DNA of 64,000 nucleotides. It comes from a virus. Positions 27,701 through 35,781 of this stretch are shown here, piece after piece. The stretch lies in IMG/VR virus record IMGVR_UViG_3300012667_000235, positions 330-64,329 of that record; one strand, 5' to 3'. The notes beneath the pieces were generated by a model that did not search any database, was not told where the DNA came from, and saw only the letters and a list, made by a program, of their open reading frames with translations. Position 1 is the stretch's first letter. Each line of letters starts with the position of its first letter. A program made the position numbers and the translations under genes.

Positions 27701-30492
27701 GTAATAAAACAGCTAGGCTTACGCTAGTAGACTATGGTGTGACAAATATTGAGAATATATTTACAGACTACTTAAATTATACAAATACACTAGCGTATTC
27801 TTCAAATATTACGAAACCGCCAGAGTTACTAATTCAAAGTTTTGGAACGAAAGTACCAACTATCCGAACAATCATTAGTGATGAAAGGATGATGGAACGA
27901 ATTGCGGCTGGTGTTTTTGCTTATAAGATGCATATCTCTTACACAAATGATATAGATTTACCGGCTAAAGTAAATTCTGTAGAATTTCAATGGGATTATT
28001 CAACAGCTTCAGATTATTCTGGGACTCGTAGTAAACAAGTACCTTATAATTCAGGGGCATGTTTGATTACTGGCGTTGAAGAAGGTGAAGTATTAAAAGT
28101 AAGAGCTAGATATGTTGGAAATGATGGCAGAACAGGTTTATGGACAACATGGGTAACCCATACTATTATTGGTAAAACAAATCCACCAGCATCTGTTACA
28201 GGATTTAGTATAACTCCTGATTCAGTAACTGGTAAACTTAAGTTAAATTGGGCAAGTAATACAGAACCTGATATACGTGCATATGAAGTTCGCACTGATA
28301 CTATTTGGGGAAACTCTACGAATTTAGTGTTCAGTGGTGATTCCACAACAATTAGTGTAAACCCACCAAGCTCTGGAAGCTCCATAACATATTATATAAA
28401 AGCTATTGACTATAGTAATAATTATAGCCTTACTGCAACATCTAGTTTATATACTAGTGCAGCATTATCAGATATTACAGGAATTACGCATAACTTTTAT
28501 GATACAAGCACAAGTAGTGCTACTATTACATTGAGTTGGACACCTGTCACACAAGTATTTGGTTTAGCAGGTTATGAAGTATCATATGGAGTAGAAACTA
28601 GATTTCTAGATTCAAATAGTATTTTATTTAATGCTGATTGGATTGGTGACAGGATATTTACAGTTAAAACTGTAGATAAAAATGGTAATAAGTCATCTGG
28701 GTTTAGCAAAACCATTACTAAATTACTACCAAATAGCCCAACTGTAGGTAATTTTCTAATCAATCAAGGTACATTAGTTTTTGATTGGGATGTTGCTGCA
28801 AAAACTACATTACCAATATGGGGGTATGAGGTTAGAGCTACAAACACATTTAATAATGATAGTAATTATATTTTCAAAGGTTCTGCTACTGTATGTACTA
28901 TTCCTAGATCAAATATAATTTCAGGGTCTAATACATATTATATAAAAACTATTGATACGGATAATAATTATTCTAGTACAGCCGCAAGTTTCACAACAAT
29001 AATAGCTGTTCCAGATAATGTTACTTCTGTAGACAGTACATTTAATACGTCACTAACTTCCGCAGATATTACTTTAACATGGGTAGATGTAATACCTCCT
29101 TTTGGATTAGATTATTATGAAATAACATACGATAGTGTTATCAAAACAACTAGAGCAAATACTGTTACATTTCCAGCAGACTGGTTAGGTGATAGAACAT
29201 TTACTGTAAAAGTTGTTGATACACTAGGTTATAAGAGCACAGGTCTTCAAAAAGTGATTACGAAATCACCACCAAATCCTTGCTTAAATTTTAGATCACA
29301 GGTTATCGACAATACTGTTATGTTTTATTGGGACTTGCCTACTAAAACATCGTTACCTGTTGATCATATTATTCTTAAGAAAAGTGTTGCTGGTGATGGT
29401 TCAACTTGGGCAACTGCCATAACATTAGGTGAAAAGAAAGGTGCTTTCACAACTCAAAATGAAACACGAGCTAATACATATACATACTGGATAGCTGCAG
29501 TTGATACGGATAATAGGGAATCCATCCCAATTACAATAACATCTACTGTAGCACAACCTCCTGATTTCGTTTTTAATGCAAGTTATGATAGTGTATTCAA
29601 TGCCACAGCATCTTCTGCTATTGTGGAACAAGGTTCACTGATACTACCTGTAAATACTACTGAAACTTGGGCTAGTCACTTCACAAGTAGAGGTTGGGTA
29701 GGCCCAGAAGACCCTGTTGGTACGGCTGGTCAAATAGATGCTGGTTACCCAATATTTATACAACCAACTAATGGAACTGGATACTATGAAGAAGTATTTG
29801 ATTATGGTTCTATTCTAGCTAGTACAAAGGTTTCGCTAACTTACAATGGTTCAGTAATATCAGGTTCTCCTGTTATATCAACAAACATTAGTCTTAGTTT
29901 GGATAATATTACATATACCGATTACATTGGGGTGAGTGAAGTATTCTCTTTATCATTTAGATATGTTAAAGTGAGATTTATAGTAACCGAATCAACGGGT
30001 ACAGGCTTATATTCTCTTAGGACGTTAAATGTAACTTTAGATTCAAAGTTAATAAATGATGCTGGTTCAGTATTAGCTTTGGCATCTGATACATTAGGTA
30101 CTATTATTAATTTTAATAAAGAATTTGTGGATGTTAGCAGTGTAACATTAACTCCTGCCGGTGTTACTCCGATAATTCCGGTGTATGATATACGTGGTGA
30201 CAATGCTAGTGCTACATATTCAGTAACAACAAACATATGTACAGTTACGTTAACATCACATGGTTATATAGCTGGTCAAGATGTTAGACTCCAATTCTCA
30301 ACAGGTGCTGGTAAAAGAGGTGTATATAGAATATTAACTTCTCCTACAGCAGATACATTTACAGTTTCAATGATAACAGCAAATACAAGTGGCAACTGCC
30401 TAGTATCTGCAAATTCATTTAGAGCTTATTTGTTTAATACATCAGGTGCTCGGGTAAGTGCAACAGCATCATGGCAAGTAAAAGGTTATTAA
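24787..30492 (+). CDS. tail tip fusion protein: N-terminal NlpC/P60 peptidase (gpK-like) fused to host-specificity/central fibre (gpJ-like) with FN3-like repeats
   Basis: NlpC/P60 Cys-His core (GVDCYGLVRLIY ... HIAIAV ... HFLHA) in the first about 130 aa. 1901 aa total. Internally duplicated FN3-like modules. Lambda K-I-J position. Confidence 0.8.
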   Translation: MQIQPTDNNKLQNIETEKYIGIPYVVNGRDFTGVDCYGLVRLIYKEELGIDLPSFVEEDVNPDRTQELISQYKEGWEQTEKISAGDVIVFRIKGIESHIAIAVSPTHFLHAREGSDSAIESFSSHKWKTRLVGSFKYSPAKSVVLNGLPHPLRTERITTAIPPGVNVIQLQDWIVKEYNVRPELKPYIKVLVNGVPIPDAMKESTILQDNDCVEYRVLARGDNPLRTLLTVAVVVGVAMATGPGGFAAGWGSSVGSALGIGTSAGTALVSIGLTAVGMSLVNAIAPVRMPSELLGRDPGSAERQLMVTGGNNQVTQYGSIPFVLGKVRLTPPLGANSYSLFNADGTESYLRMLLVWGYGPLSIDESTLKIGELNINKVGTYNVVTNLCTVGCTSHGLSAGTERLIQFTSGTATSGVYKILSTTTDSFTFNISAANTSGNCLVYHTYEGINQKTLSRIVEPTPTELSTFNGLYGKDVTQVISNIELSADGVAGSAITGPWINAVSTDGSASDFTVAIHFPQGCRKIISKGAEAGASAAAPVSIELEYKTLSAVTWISAGTTIIGSTPAKDAFTKIIKITYQASENVQVRVRRLTGTGNTAPADVDFQWLFNSVLLNTTFSRNASPAIDPVNCKIAKTAFEIKASDQLNSQIEGINAIVTSYGKIWNGTTWVDGATNNPASLFRLVLEHPANPRRITDAASKIDLIQLQYWYDYCVSKGFTYNSIVGATRSVLEVLRDICAAGRASPAMIDGKWTVVIDEPKLNVVQHFTPHNSWGFEGTKSLPKIPDGLRVNFINEDKSYQQDETIVYATASSQSSAALLENISVPGVTKLAQAQDHARWHMAQAKLRPEKYTLNTDIEYLVCNRGDRVKVLHDVPMWGLGSGRIKNIVGSIYYLDESIPMVANTSYTMRVRSKTGSSIVRTTVAKSSDGYYDNVEFTVPASTLEVDSGDLFLFGSLNSESQDCLVLNIEPMGNKTARLTLVDYGVTNIENIFTDYLNYTNTLAYSSNITKPPELLIQSFGTKVPTIRTIISDERMMERIAAGVFAYKMHISYTNDIDLPAKVNSVEFQWDYSTASDYSGTRSKQVPYNSGACLITGVEEGEVLKVRARYVGNDGRTGLWTTWVTHTIIGKTNPPASVTGFSITPDSVTGKLKLNWASNTEPDIRAYEVRTDTIWGNSTNLVFSGDSTTISVNPPSSGSSITYYIKAIDYSNNYSLTATSSLYTSAALSDITGITHNFYDTSTSSATITLSWTPVTQVFGLAGYEVSYGVETRFLDSNSILFNADWIGDRIFTVKTVDKNGNKSSGFSKTITKLLPNSPTVGNFLINQGTLVFDWDVAAKTTLPIWGYEVRATNTFNNDSNYIFKGSATVCTIPRSNIISGSNTYYIKTIDTDNNYSSTAASFTTIIAVPDNVTSVDSTFNTSLTSADITLTWVDVIPPFGLDYYEITYDSVIKTTRANTVTFPADWLGDRTFTVKVVDTLGYKSTGLQKVITKSPPNPCLNFRSQVIDNTVMFYWDLPTKTSLPVDHIILKKSVAGDGSTWATAITLGEKKGAFTTQNETRANTYTYWIAAVDTDNRESIPITITSTVAQPPDFVFNASYDSVFNATASSAIVEQGSLILPVNTTETWASHFTSRGWVGPEDPVGTAGQIDAGYPIFIQPTNGTGYYEEVFDYGSILASTKVSLTYNGSVISGSPVISTNISLSLDNITYTDYIGVSEVFSLSFRYVKVRFIVTESTGTGLYSLRTLNVTLDSKLINDAGSVLALASDTLGTIINFNKEFVDVSSVTLTPAGVTPIIPVYDIRGDNASATYSVTTNICTVTLTSHGYIAGQDVRLQFSTGAGKRGVYRILTSPTADTFTVSMITANTSGNCLVSANSFRAYLFNTSGARVSATASWQVKGY

Positions 30493-30535
30493 TGTATGAT
30501 AGTATATAATTTATTTAATAAAGAAAGGGTGGATT

Positions 30536-32068
30536 ATGGCAGATCATAATAAACCAGTAACAACAAGTACATACACTAATTTTGTTAGTGAACTCAATGT
30601 AAGATTTAATGATCTTGCATTGGGGTTGGCTTCTGATACAACTACTCCAACAAATATCCCAACTAATTCTATTAGATGGAATGCTACTGGTAGAAATTGG
30701 GATCGATGGAGTGGTACAGCTTGGAATGCTTTAGATGGTAGTCTTGGTTATGGTATTAACATCACAGGTTCTGCAGCTAAGTGGACAACTGCTAGAACTA
30801 TCAGTTTAACAGGTGCTGTTACAGCATCTGCTACTTCAATTGATGGTTCAGCTAATGTTTCAATTGCTACTAGTTTTTCAACTGTACCTGCTACGTCTGG
30901 TGGTACAGGGCAAACTACCTATGCTGTTGGTGACTTATTGATTGGTGGTGCTACTAATACTCTGACTAAATTAGCTGATGTTGCCACAGGTAATGCTCTA
31001 ATTTCAGGTGGAGTTGGTGTAGCACCATCATGGGGTAAAATTGGGTTAACAACTCATGTAAGTGGTACACTTGCAGCAGGTAATGGTGGTACTGGTGTAG
31101 CGACATTAACTGGAGTAGTATATGGTAATGGTACTGGTGCATTTTCAGCAGCTACTCCTGCTCAAATTACAGGTGCAATTGGTACAACCGCTGTTACTAA
31201 TGCAACCAATGCAACCAATGCAACCAATGCTGTTAATTTATCCACAACAAGAGCTAACTGGTCAACAAACGGAACCGTCACTGCTGTTGTAGGTCAATTA
31301 GCTTGGAAAAATTACGGTAATAGCCACACTATTTTTGACGCAAGTGCCGGTACATCGCCAGATGGAACTGCTGTAAATAATACAAATTCTACAGCAGCGT
31401 GGTCTGCAACATACCCCACATTGATGGGTTGGAATGGGGGAACCACTTATGGTGTTAGGGTTGATTCTGCTCGGATTTCTGATTCTTGTTCTGGTAATGC
31501 AGCAACAGCTACAAGTGCAACCTCGGCAACCTCGGCAACCAGTGCAACTAATGCAACTAATGCAACATATTTACAATCAACCTCACATTCAGGAACCTAC
31601 TGGATTAGTAATGCGTGGGATGGAACATATTGGTATGTCACATCTAACCACGGATCACCGGTTCGTGTTGGTCGTGCAGATAGTGCTGCACTATGTACTG
31701 GAAATGCAGCATCAGCTTCAACAGCGGCGGCTTGTACTGGAAATGCAGCGTCAGCTTCAACCGACTCACAACACTTTGGATTTAGTCAAAGTTGGCAGAA
31801 TGTTACAGCTAGTCGTGCTGCCAACACCATATATACAAACTCCACTGGAAAACCAATTGTTGTGAAAGTCACTTGGGGTGGAACGGGTGGAGTTGGCTCT
31901 GGGGCGTATATCGTTTGGAGCGTTGGTGCAGCGACTTTCACAGGGTCTTCCGCAACCACTGGTTACTCATCTGGTGGTGACCAAGTTATTGTGCCAAACG
32001 GTGCGACATACAGCATTGGTTGGTCAGGTGTCGGCGGGTCAATTCAAACTTGGGCTGAGTTTAGATAA
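30536..32068 (+). CDS. side tail fibre protein
   Basis: 510 aa, Thr/Ser/Gly/Ala/Asn-rich. Followed by an assembly chaperone-like gene. Contains 9-bp tandem repeats. Confidence 0.7.
   Translation: MADHNKPVTTSTYTNFVSELNVRFNDLALGLASDTTTPTNIPTNSIRWNATGRNWDRWSGTAWNALDGSLGYGINITGSAAKWTTARTISLTGAVTASATSIDGSANVSIATSFSTVPATSGGTGQTTYAVGDLLIGGATNTLTKLADVATGNALISGGVGVAPSWGKIGLTTHVSGTLAAGNGGTGVATLTGVVYGNGTGAFSAATPAQITGAIGTTAVTNATNATNATNAVNLSTTRANWSTNGTVTAVVGQLAWKNYGNSHTIFDASAGTSPDGTAVNNTNSTAAWSATYPTLMGWNGGTTYGVRVDSARISDSCSGNAATATSATSATSATSATNATNATYLQSTSHSGTYWISNAWDGTYWYVTSNHGSPVRVGRADSAALCTGNAASASTAAACTGNAASASTDSQHFGFSQSWQNVTASRAANTIYTNSTGKPIVVKVTWGGTGGVGSGAYIVWSVGAATFTGSSATTGYSSGGDQVIVPNGATYSIGWSGVGGSIQTWAEFR
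31201..31230 (+). repeat. 9-bp tandem repeat (CAACCAATG x3) encoding TNATNATNA
   Basis: Direct reading of the sequence. Confidence 0.8.
31510..31566 (+). repeat. 9-bp tandem repeats (GCAACCTCG x2, GCAACCAGT, GCAACTAAT x2) encoding SATSATSATNATNAT
   Basis: Direct reading. Also a 33-nt direct repeat TGTACTGGAAATGCAGC(A/G)TCAGCTTCAAC at about 31693-31760. Confidence 0.75.
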
Positions 32069-32077
32069 GGATTAAAT

Positions 32078-32413
32078 ATGCCACATTTCAAGAATTCACA
32101 AAATAAACTATACTGGCTTGATCCAACAGATGATCCCGCACAATGGTTATCTCAAGATTGTGTACCAATTTCAGATGAAGAAGCTGAAACTATTCGGGTT
32201 AGTCAGCTTCCACCTCCACCTTCACAACAGGATATTATCAAAGGTCAAATTGATAATTTAGAGCGTCAGCAGTTACTACCTAGAGCTACAAGAGACTTCA
32301 TGTTACTATACATGGAGAATGCTTTTACTCCAGAGCAGTTAGCTGGTAATCCGGGTTATCAAGCTGTAAAAGCTTTTGATAACGAAATAGTAGCATTACG
32401 TAGCCAGTTATAA
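32078..32413 (+). CDS. putative tail fibre assembly protein
   Basis: 111 aa immediately downstream of the fibre gene, with a Pro-rich linker. Confidence 0.4.
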   Translation: MPHFKNSQNKLYWLDPTDDPAQWLSQDCVPISDEEAETIRVSQLPPPPSQQDIIKGQIDNLERQQLLPRATRDFMLLYMENAFTPEQLAGNPGYQAVKAFDNEIVALRSQL

Positions 32414-32420
32414 AATAATT

Positions 32421-32759
32421 ATGATTACTCTTATTTTAATTCTAGCATATCTAATTGTGTTCTTTTATTTATACATTCTAGTAATGGGAATATATAGAGC
32501 ACACTTGGACAATCGCTTGTCAAATTTTCTATTAGTAATCTGTGCTCCTGCGGTTATCTTAGGAGTTATCTTTGACGTAGTAGCTAACCTAACCATTGCT
32601 TCTGTAGTATTCAGAAAGCTACCTAGAGAATGGTTAGTAACTACTCGTTTGAAGAAGATTCAAGATAACCCATTGGAGCATGTTCACAATAAAGCATTAG
32701 CTAAATATATTTGTGAAAATATGCTAGATATTTTTGACCCTACTGGTAATCATTGTTAA
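32421..32759 (+). CDS. membrane protein (2-3 TM), lysis-region
   Basis: The first half is hydrophobic (MITLILILAYLIVFFYLYILVMGIY). Confidence 0.4.
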   Translation: MITLILILAYLIVFFYLYILVMGIYRAHLDNRLSNFLLVICAPAVILGVIFDVVANLTIASVVFRKLPREWLVTTRLKKIQDNPLEHVHNKALAKYICENMLDIFDPTGNHC

Positions 32760-32888
32760 TTAAGCCTTAATATCTTCCCTTTACTTCACCAAAAGTTCAT
32801 GATATAATAGAACCTAGGTTATATAAAAGGAAGATATTACTTCTTTTATCAAATCTATTAATTTATCAACTTAATTAAAGGAGCACTT

Positions 32889-33068
32889 ATGGATTCTACA
32901 AAAGACATTCAGCAACCACAAAGTATTACATTAGACTTACAACTTGATGAAGTTAGCGGTCTACTAGACATTCTAGGTTCACTACCAACTAAATCAGGTG
33001 TATATCCTATTGCTCTTAAAATTAAGAACCAAGCAGAAGCTCAACTTTCAAATAAAGAAAATGATTGA
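32889..33068 (+). CDS. hypothetical small protein (59 aa)
   Basis: AAGGAG RBS at 32875-32880. Not in the ORF track (<60 aa). Confidence 0.35.
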   Translation: MDSTKDIQQPQSITLDLQLDEVSGLLDILGSLPTKSGVYPIALKIKNQAEAQLSNKEND

Positions 33069-33264
33069 CTTAATTAAACAACGGCTGAAAAGTAAAACAT
33101 ACTTGACAGCTATTACTTTGGCTTTAATCTCAGGTCTTGAAATGAACTACCAGTTTGTTTCAATGTATCTTCCAGCAGAATATAGACAGCTATTACTATT
33201 CGTTTGGCCCTTGTCTATGCTTCTATTACGCGAAGTTACAACTAAAGCTTTAGCCGAAAAATAA
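33061..33264 (+). CDS. small membrane protein (67 aa)
   Basis: First ATG of ORF 32998..33264. Has a TM segment (TAITLALISGL). Confidence 0.35.
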   Translation: MIDLIKQRLKSKTYLTAITLALISGLEMNYQFVSMYLPAEYRQLLLFVWPLSMLLLREVTTKALAEK

Positions 33265-33288
33265 AACCTATTAACAAATAGTTATACC

Positions 33289-33315
33289 AGCCCCTACCAA
33301 GGGGCTTTATTTTTG
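33289..33315 (+). terminator. rho-independent terminator
   Basis: AGCCCCT-accaa-GGGGCT followed by TTATTTTTG. Confidence 0.5.
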
Positions 33316-33336
33316 CTTAAACTTTCCCTTTACCGG

Positions 33337-33675
33337 ATGTGTATTATGGATTTCTCTATTCTTCAATTTTCGTTTATCTTAGATACTATTCCTGTATTCT
33401 TAGCTTTAGTAGCTCTAAAGGGTTTGTATGGTGTTAACCAACAGCATAAGATTTTATATCTAGCTAGAACAGCATGTGTCCTTTTGATCATTTGTCAGAT
33501 CACATGGATTCATTCATATCTAAATAATTTTGCAATGATTAACTCCTTAGTGGATAATCTTTGGACGGTATTTAATTCAATCGTTATGGTAATGATTGTA
33601 TTCCTATCTGATTATTTAAAAGTTTCTCGTGGACGTAGATCGACCGACCGCACTTCAATAGATAGAGGCGCATAA
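33337..33675 (+). CDS. membrane protein (multi-TM)
   Basis: Start re-set to the first ATG. Hydrophobic throughout. Confidence 0.4.
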   Translation: MCIMDFSILQFSFILDTIPVFLALVALKGLYGVNQQHKILYLARTACVLLIICQITWIHSYLNNFAMINSLVDNLWTVFNSIVMVMIVFLSDYLKVSRGRRSTDRTSIDRGA

Positions 33676-34103
33676 TGACAGAAGCAACAAGTTTTAAATT
33701 AGCGTACCTACTTGCGCTAACTAAAGTTGAGACAACAGTAATGCTTTGTATTACAGCTTGCTTATTGTCTATCGGCTTTATGTTTGGGGTTCATGATATT
33801 TCTGCTGACTATAAACTAATATGGGATTTTGGAAGTAAGTACTTCTGGTGTTACACTTTTGGTGCATACTCCATGATTAAAGCTATTAGTTTATATGGAA
33901 ATATTGATTATAGAATTAATCTGGCTAACTCCGTTCTTGGGTTGTGGAGTTGGCTTTATTTATGCTTAAGCTTTACAGTGTTTGATACTACACCAGTATC
34001 ACCACATGAGCTTGTATTTTTAGTACCAGTTATAGCCGAGTCATGGTTGTTATTGTCGTATCAGCATAAAATCAGTTCCCAAGATGATAAGGAGAACAGA
34101 TGA
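33675..34103 (+). CDS. membrane protein (4 TM)
   Basis: 142 aa with four hydrophobic segments. Confidence 0.45.
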   Translation: MTEATSFKLAYLLALTKVETTVMLCITACLLSIGFMFGVHDISADYKLIWDFGSKYFWCYTFGAYSMIKAISLYGNIDYRINLANSVLGLWSWLYLCLSFTVFDTTPVSPHELVFLVPVIAESWLLLSYQHKISSQDDKENR

Positions 34104-34471
34104 TGCTGCAACAACTATTAGGCGTATCTGCAGGTGATATAGCACAAGCTACTACATTAATAGCTGCGGCGATTGTAGCTGCTGTATTAATGCTGCAGAA
34201 AGTACTGAAAGGTTTTAAAGATACAGCTACTGAAAGTAATATCATTACCCTGATGCACTCCGAGTTACAAAGAATGTCAACTCAGAATACACTTCTAGCT
34301 ACTGAATTAAATAAATTACAGATTGAAATAATTAACCTAAATAAAGAATTAGGTAATCTTTCAACAGAAAACCAAAAGTTACATAAAGAAGTATCTTCAC
34401 TGACTGCCGAAGTAGGTAGGCTACAGCGAGTACTTACTCAGAATAATATACAAATTGATGAAGGTGTATAA
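34100..34471 (+). CDS. putative i-spanin-like protein (N-terminal TM plus coiled coil)
   Basis: TM segment IAAAIVAAVLML followed by heptad-like LNKLQIEIINLNKELGNLSTENQKLHKEVSSLTAEVGRLQ. Confidence 0.4.
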   Translation: MMLQQLLGVSAGDIAQATTLIAAAIVAAVLMLQKVLKGFKDTATESNIITLMHSELQRMSTQNTLLATELNKLQIEIINLNKELGNLSTENQKLHKEVSSLTAEVGRLQRVLTQNNIQIDEGV

Positions 34472-34495
34472 AATACACTTTAATAGGAGAATAAA

Positions 34496-34987
34496 ATGCT
34501 ACCGTTAATTGGCTCTATCGTGTCAGGTCTAATCAGTGCAAATATGGGTAAGGTTGCCCAAGCTGTTATCGACAAAGGTTTGGATGCCGTAGAAGAGAAA
34601 CTAGGTGTAAAGCTAGAACCAAATATGACTCCCGACCAGATTCAAGCTGTGCGTGATGCAGCTATGAAGCATGAAGAGTTTTCAATCGAACAGGATAATA
34701 AAAATACTGATAGTGCCAGAGTAATGAATACTGGCATCCAAACCTCTGAACATGCTAGTACCCTAGCCAAGAATGCTGCTTACTTTATTGATTTTGCAGT
34801 AGTAGCTGCTGCTGTTATCATTTCTTGGTTAGCATTCTTTAAAGGTGTTCCACCTGAGAATAAAGAACTAGTCTATATGGCACTAGGTTCACTCTGGACA
34901 CTGGTAGGTACGATTGTAAACTTTCATAGAGGTTCTAGTCGTGCAAGTCAGAGTAAAGATGAGTTGATTAAAAAGCTGAGTCAGTAA
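34496..34987 (+). CDS. putative holin-like membrane protein
   Basis: 163 aa with two C-terminal TM segments. Immediately upstream of the endolysin. Confidence 0.4.
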   Translation: MLPLIGSIVSGLISANMGKVAQAVIDKGLDAVEEKLGVKLEPNMTPDQIQAVRDAAMKHEEFSIEQDNKNTDSARVMNTGIQTSEHASTLAKNAAYFIDFAVVAAAVIISWLAFFKGVPPENKELVYMALGSLWTLVGTIVNFHRGSSRASQSKDELIKKLSQ

Positions 34988-35434
34988 ATGCAGCTATCTT
35001 CTAATTTCAATTTAAACGAGTTTACAGCCTCCGCAAAAGCTTCAAGCAAGGGTATATCAAACCAACCCTCAAAAGATGCTCTAACAAGCATTAAAGAGCT
35101 TGTAGAGGCATTACTACAACCGCTAAGAAACCTTATCGCTAAACCTTTCAAGATTACAAGTGGATACCGTTCTCCTGAGCTTAACACAGTAATTGGAGGT
35201 GCTAAATCCTCACAGCATAGCTCAGGTCAAGCTGTTGACTTTGTTGTTCAAGGTTTAACACCTTTTGAGGTATGTCAGATTGTAGTTAGTTCTGGTTTAG
35301 ATTTTGATCAGTTAATCCACGAAGGAACATGGGTACATTTATCCTATGCTAAAGGTAAGAACAGAAAACAAGTACTAACTGCTGTATTTAAAGAAGGTAA
35401 ACCGACAACTTATATTCAAGGTTTACATAAGTAA
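34988..35434 (+). CDS. endolysin, peptidase M15 family (L-alanyl-D-glutamate peptidase type)
   Basis: SGYRSPELN...GGAKSSQHSSGQAVD matches the M15 Zn-binding signature (SxHxxGxAxD). Confidence 0.8.
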   Translation: MQLSSNFNLNEFTASAKASSKGISNQPSKDALTSIKELVEALLQPLRNLIAKPFKITSGYRSPELNTVIGGAKSSQHSSGQAVDFVVQGLTPFEVCQIVVSSGLDFDQLIHEGTWVHLSYAKGKNRKQVLTAVFKEGKPTTYIQGLHK

Positions 35435-35452
35435 TATAACTACAAATAAATA

Positions 35453-35499
35453 AACCCCCGTAAGGTAGCCAATCAAGGTTACTCTACGGGGGTTTTCTT
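35453..35499. terminator. bidirectional rho-independent terminator between convergent + and - strand gene blocks
   Basis: CCCCCGTA...TACGGGGG hairpin with a T-tract downstream on + (TTTTCTTTT) and an A-tract upstream (T-tract for the - strand). Confidence 0.6.
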
Positions 35500-35524
35500 T
35501 TGCTTATTATTCGATAAACTTCAA

Positions 35525-35770
35525 TTATTCAATGAACTGCAAATATGAATCTTTATCTGTATATCCTACGTGCCTACGAATTTCATGTCCGTTATCCATC
35601 AGGATACTTGTAGGTACTGACCTTACGTTATAAGAGATAAACCATTCACGATCACAAGAGCTATCTACTGTAGTAACTTGATCTACATTTAGAATTGTTT
35701 CTTTCATCATTGCAGTTAGTGCTTTACAAGGAGCACAGGTTTGAGATTTAAAAATCATTAATTGTTTCAT
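35525..35770 (-). CDS. thioredoxin/glutaredoxin-like protein (NrdH-like redoxin)
   Basis: 81 aa with a CAPC redox motif. Adjacent to the ribonucleotide reductase. Confidence 0.7.
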   Translation of the reverse strand: MKQLMIFKSQTCAPCKALTAMMKETILNVDQVTTVDSSCDREWFISYNVRSVPTSILMDNGHEIRRHVGYTDKDSYLQFIE

Positions 35771-35781
35771 ACTAATCCTTA

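Noticed and set aside
31434-31865. 143-aa Gln/Leu-rich ORF on the + strand overlapping the tail fibre gene
   Set aside because: It is an alternate reading frame of the low-complexity fibre gene, with no RBS. It is almost certainly spurious.
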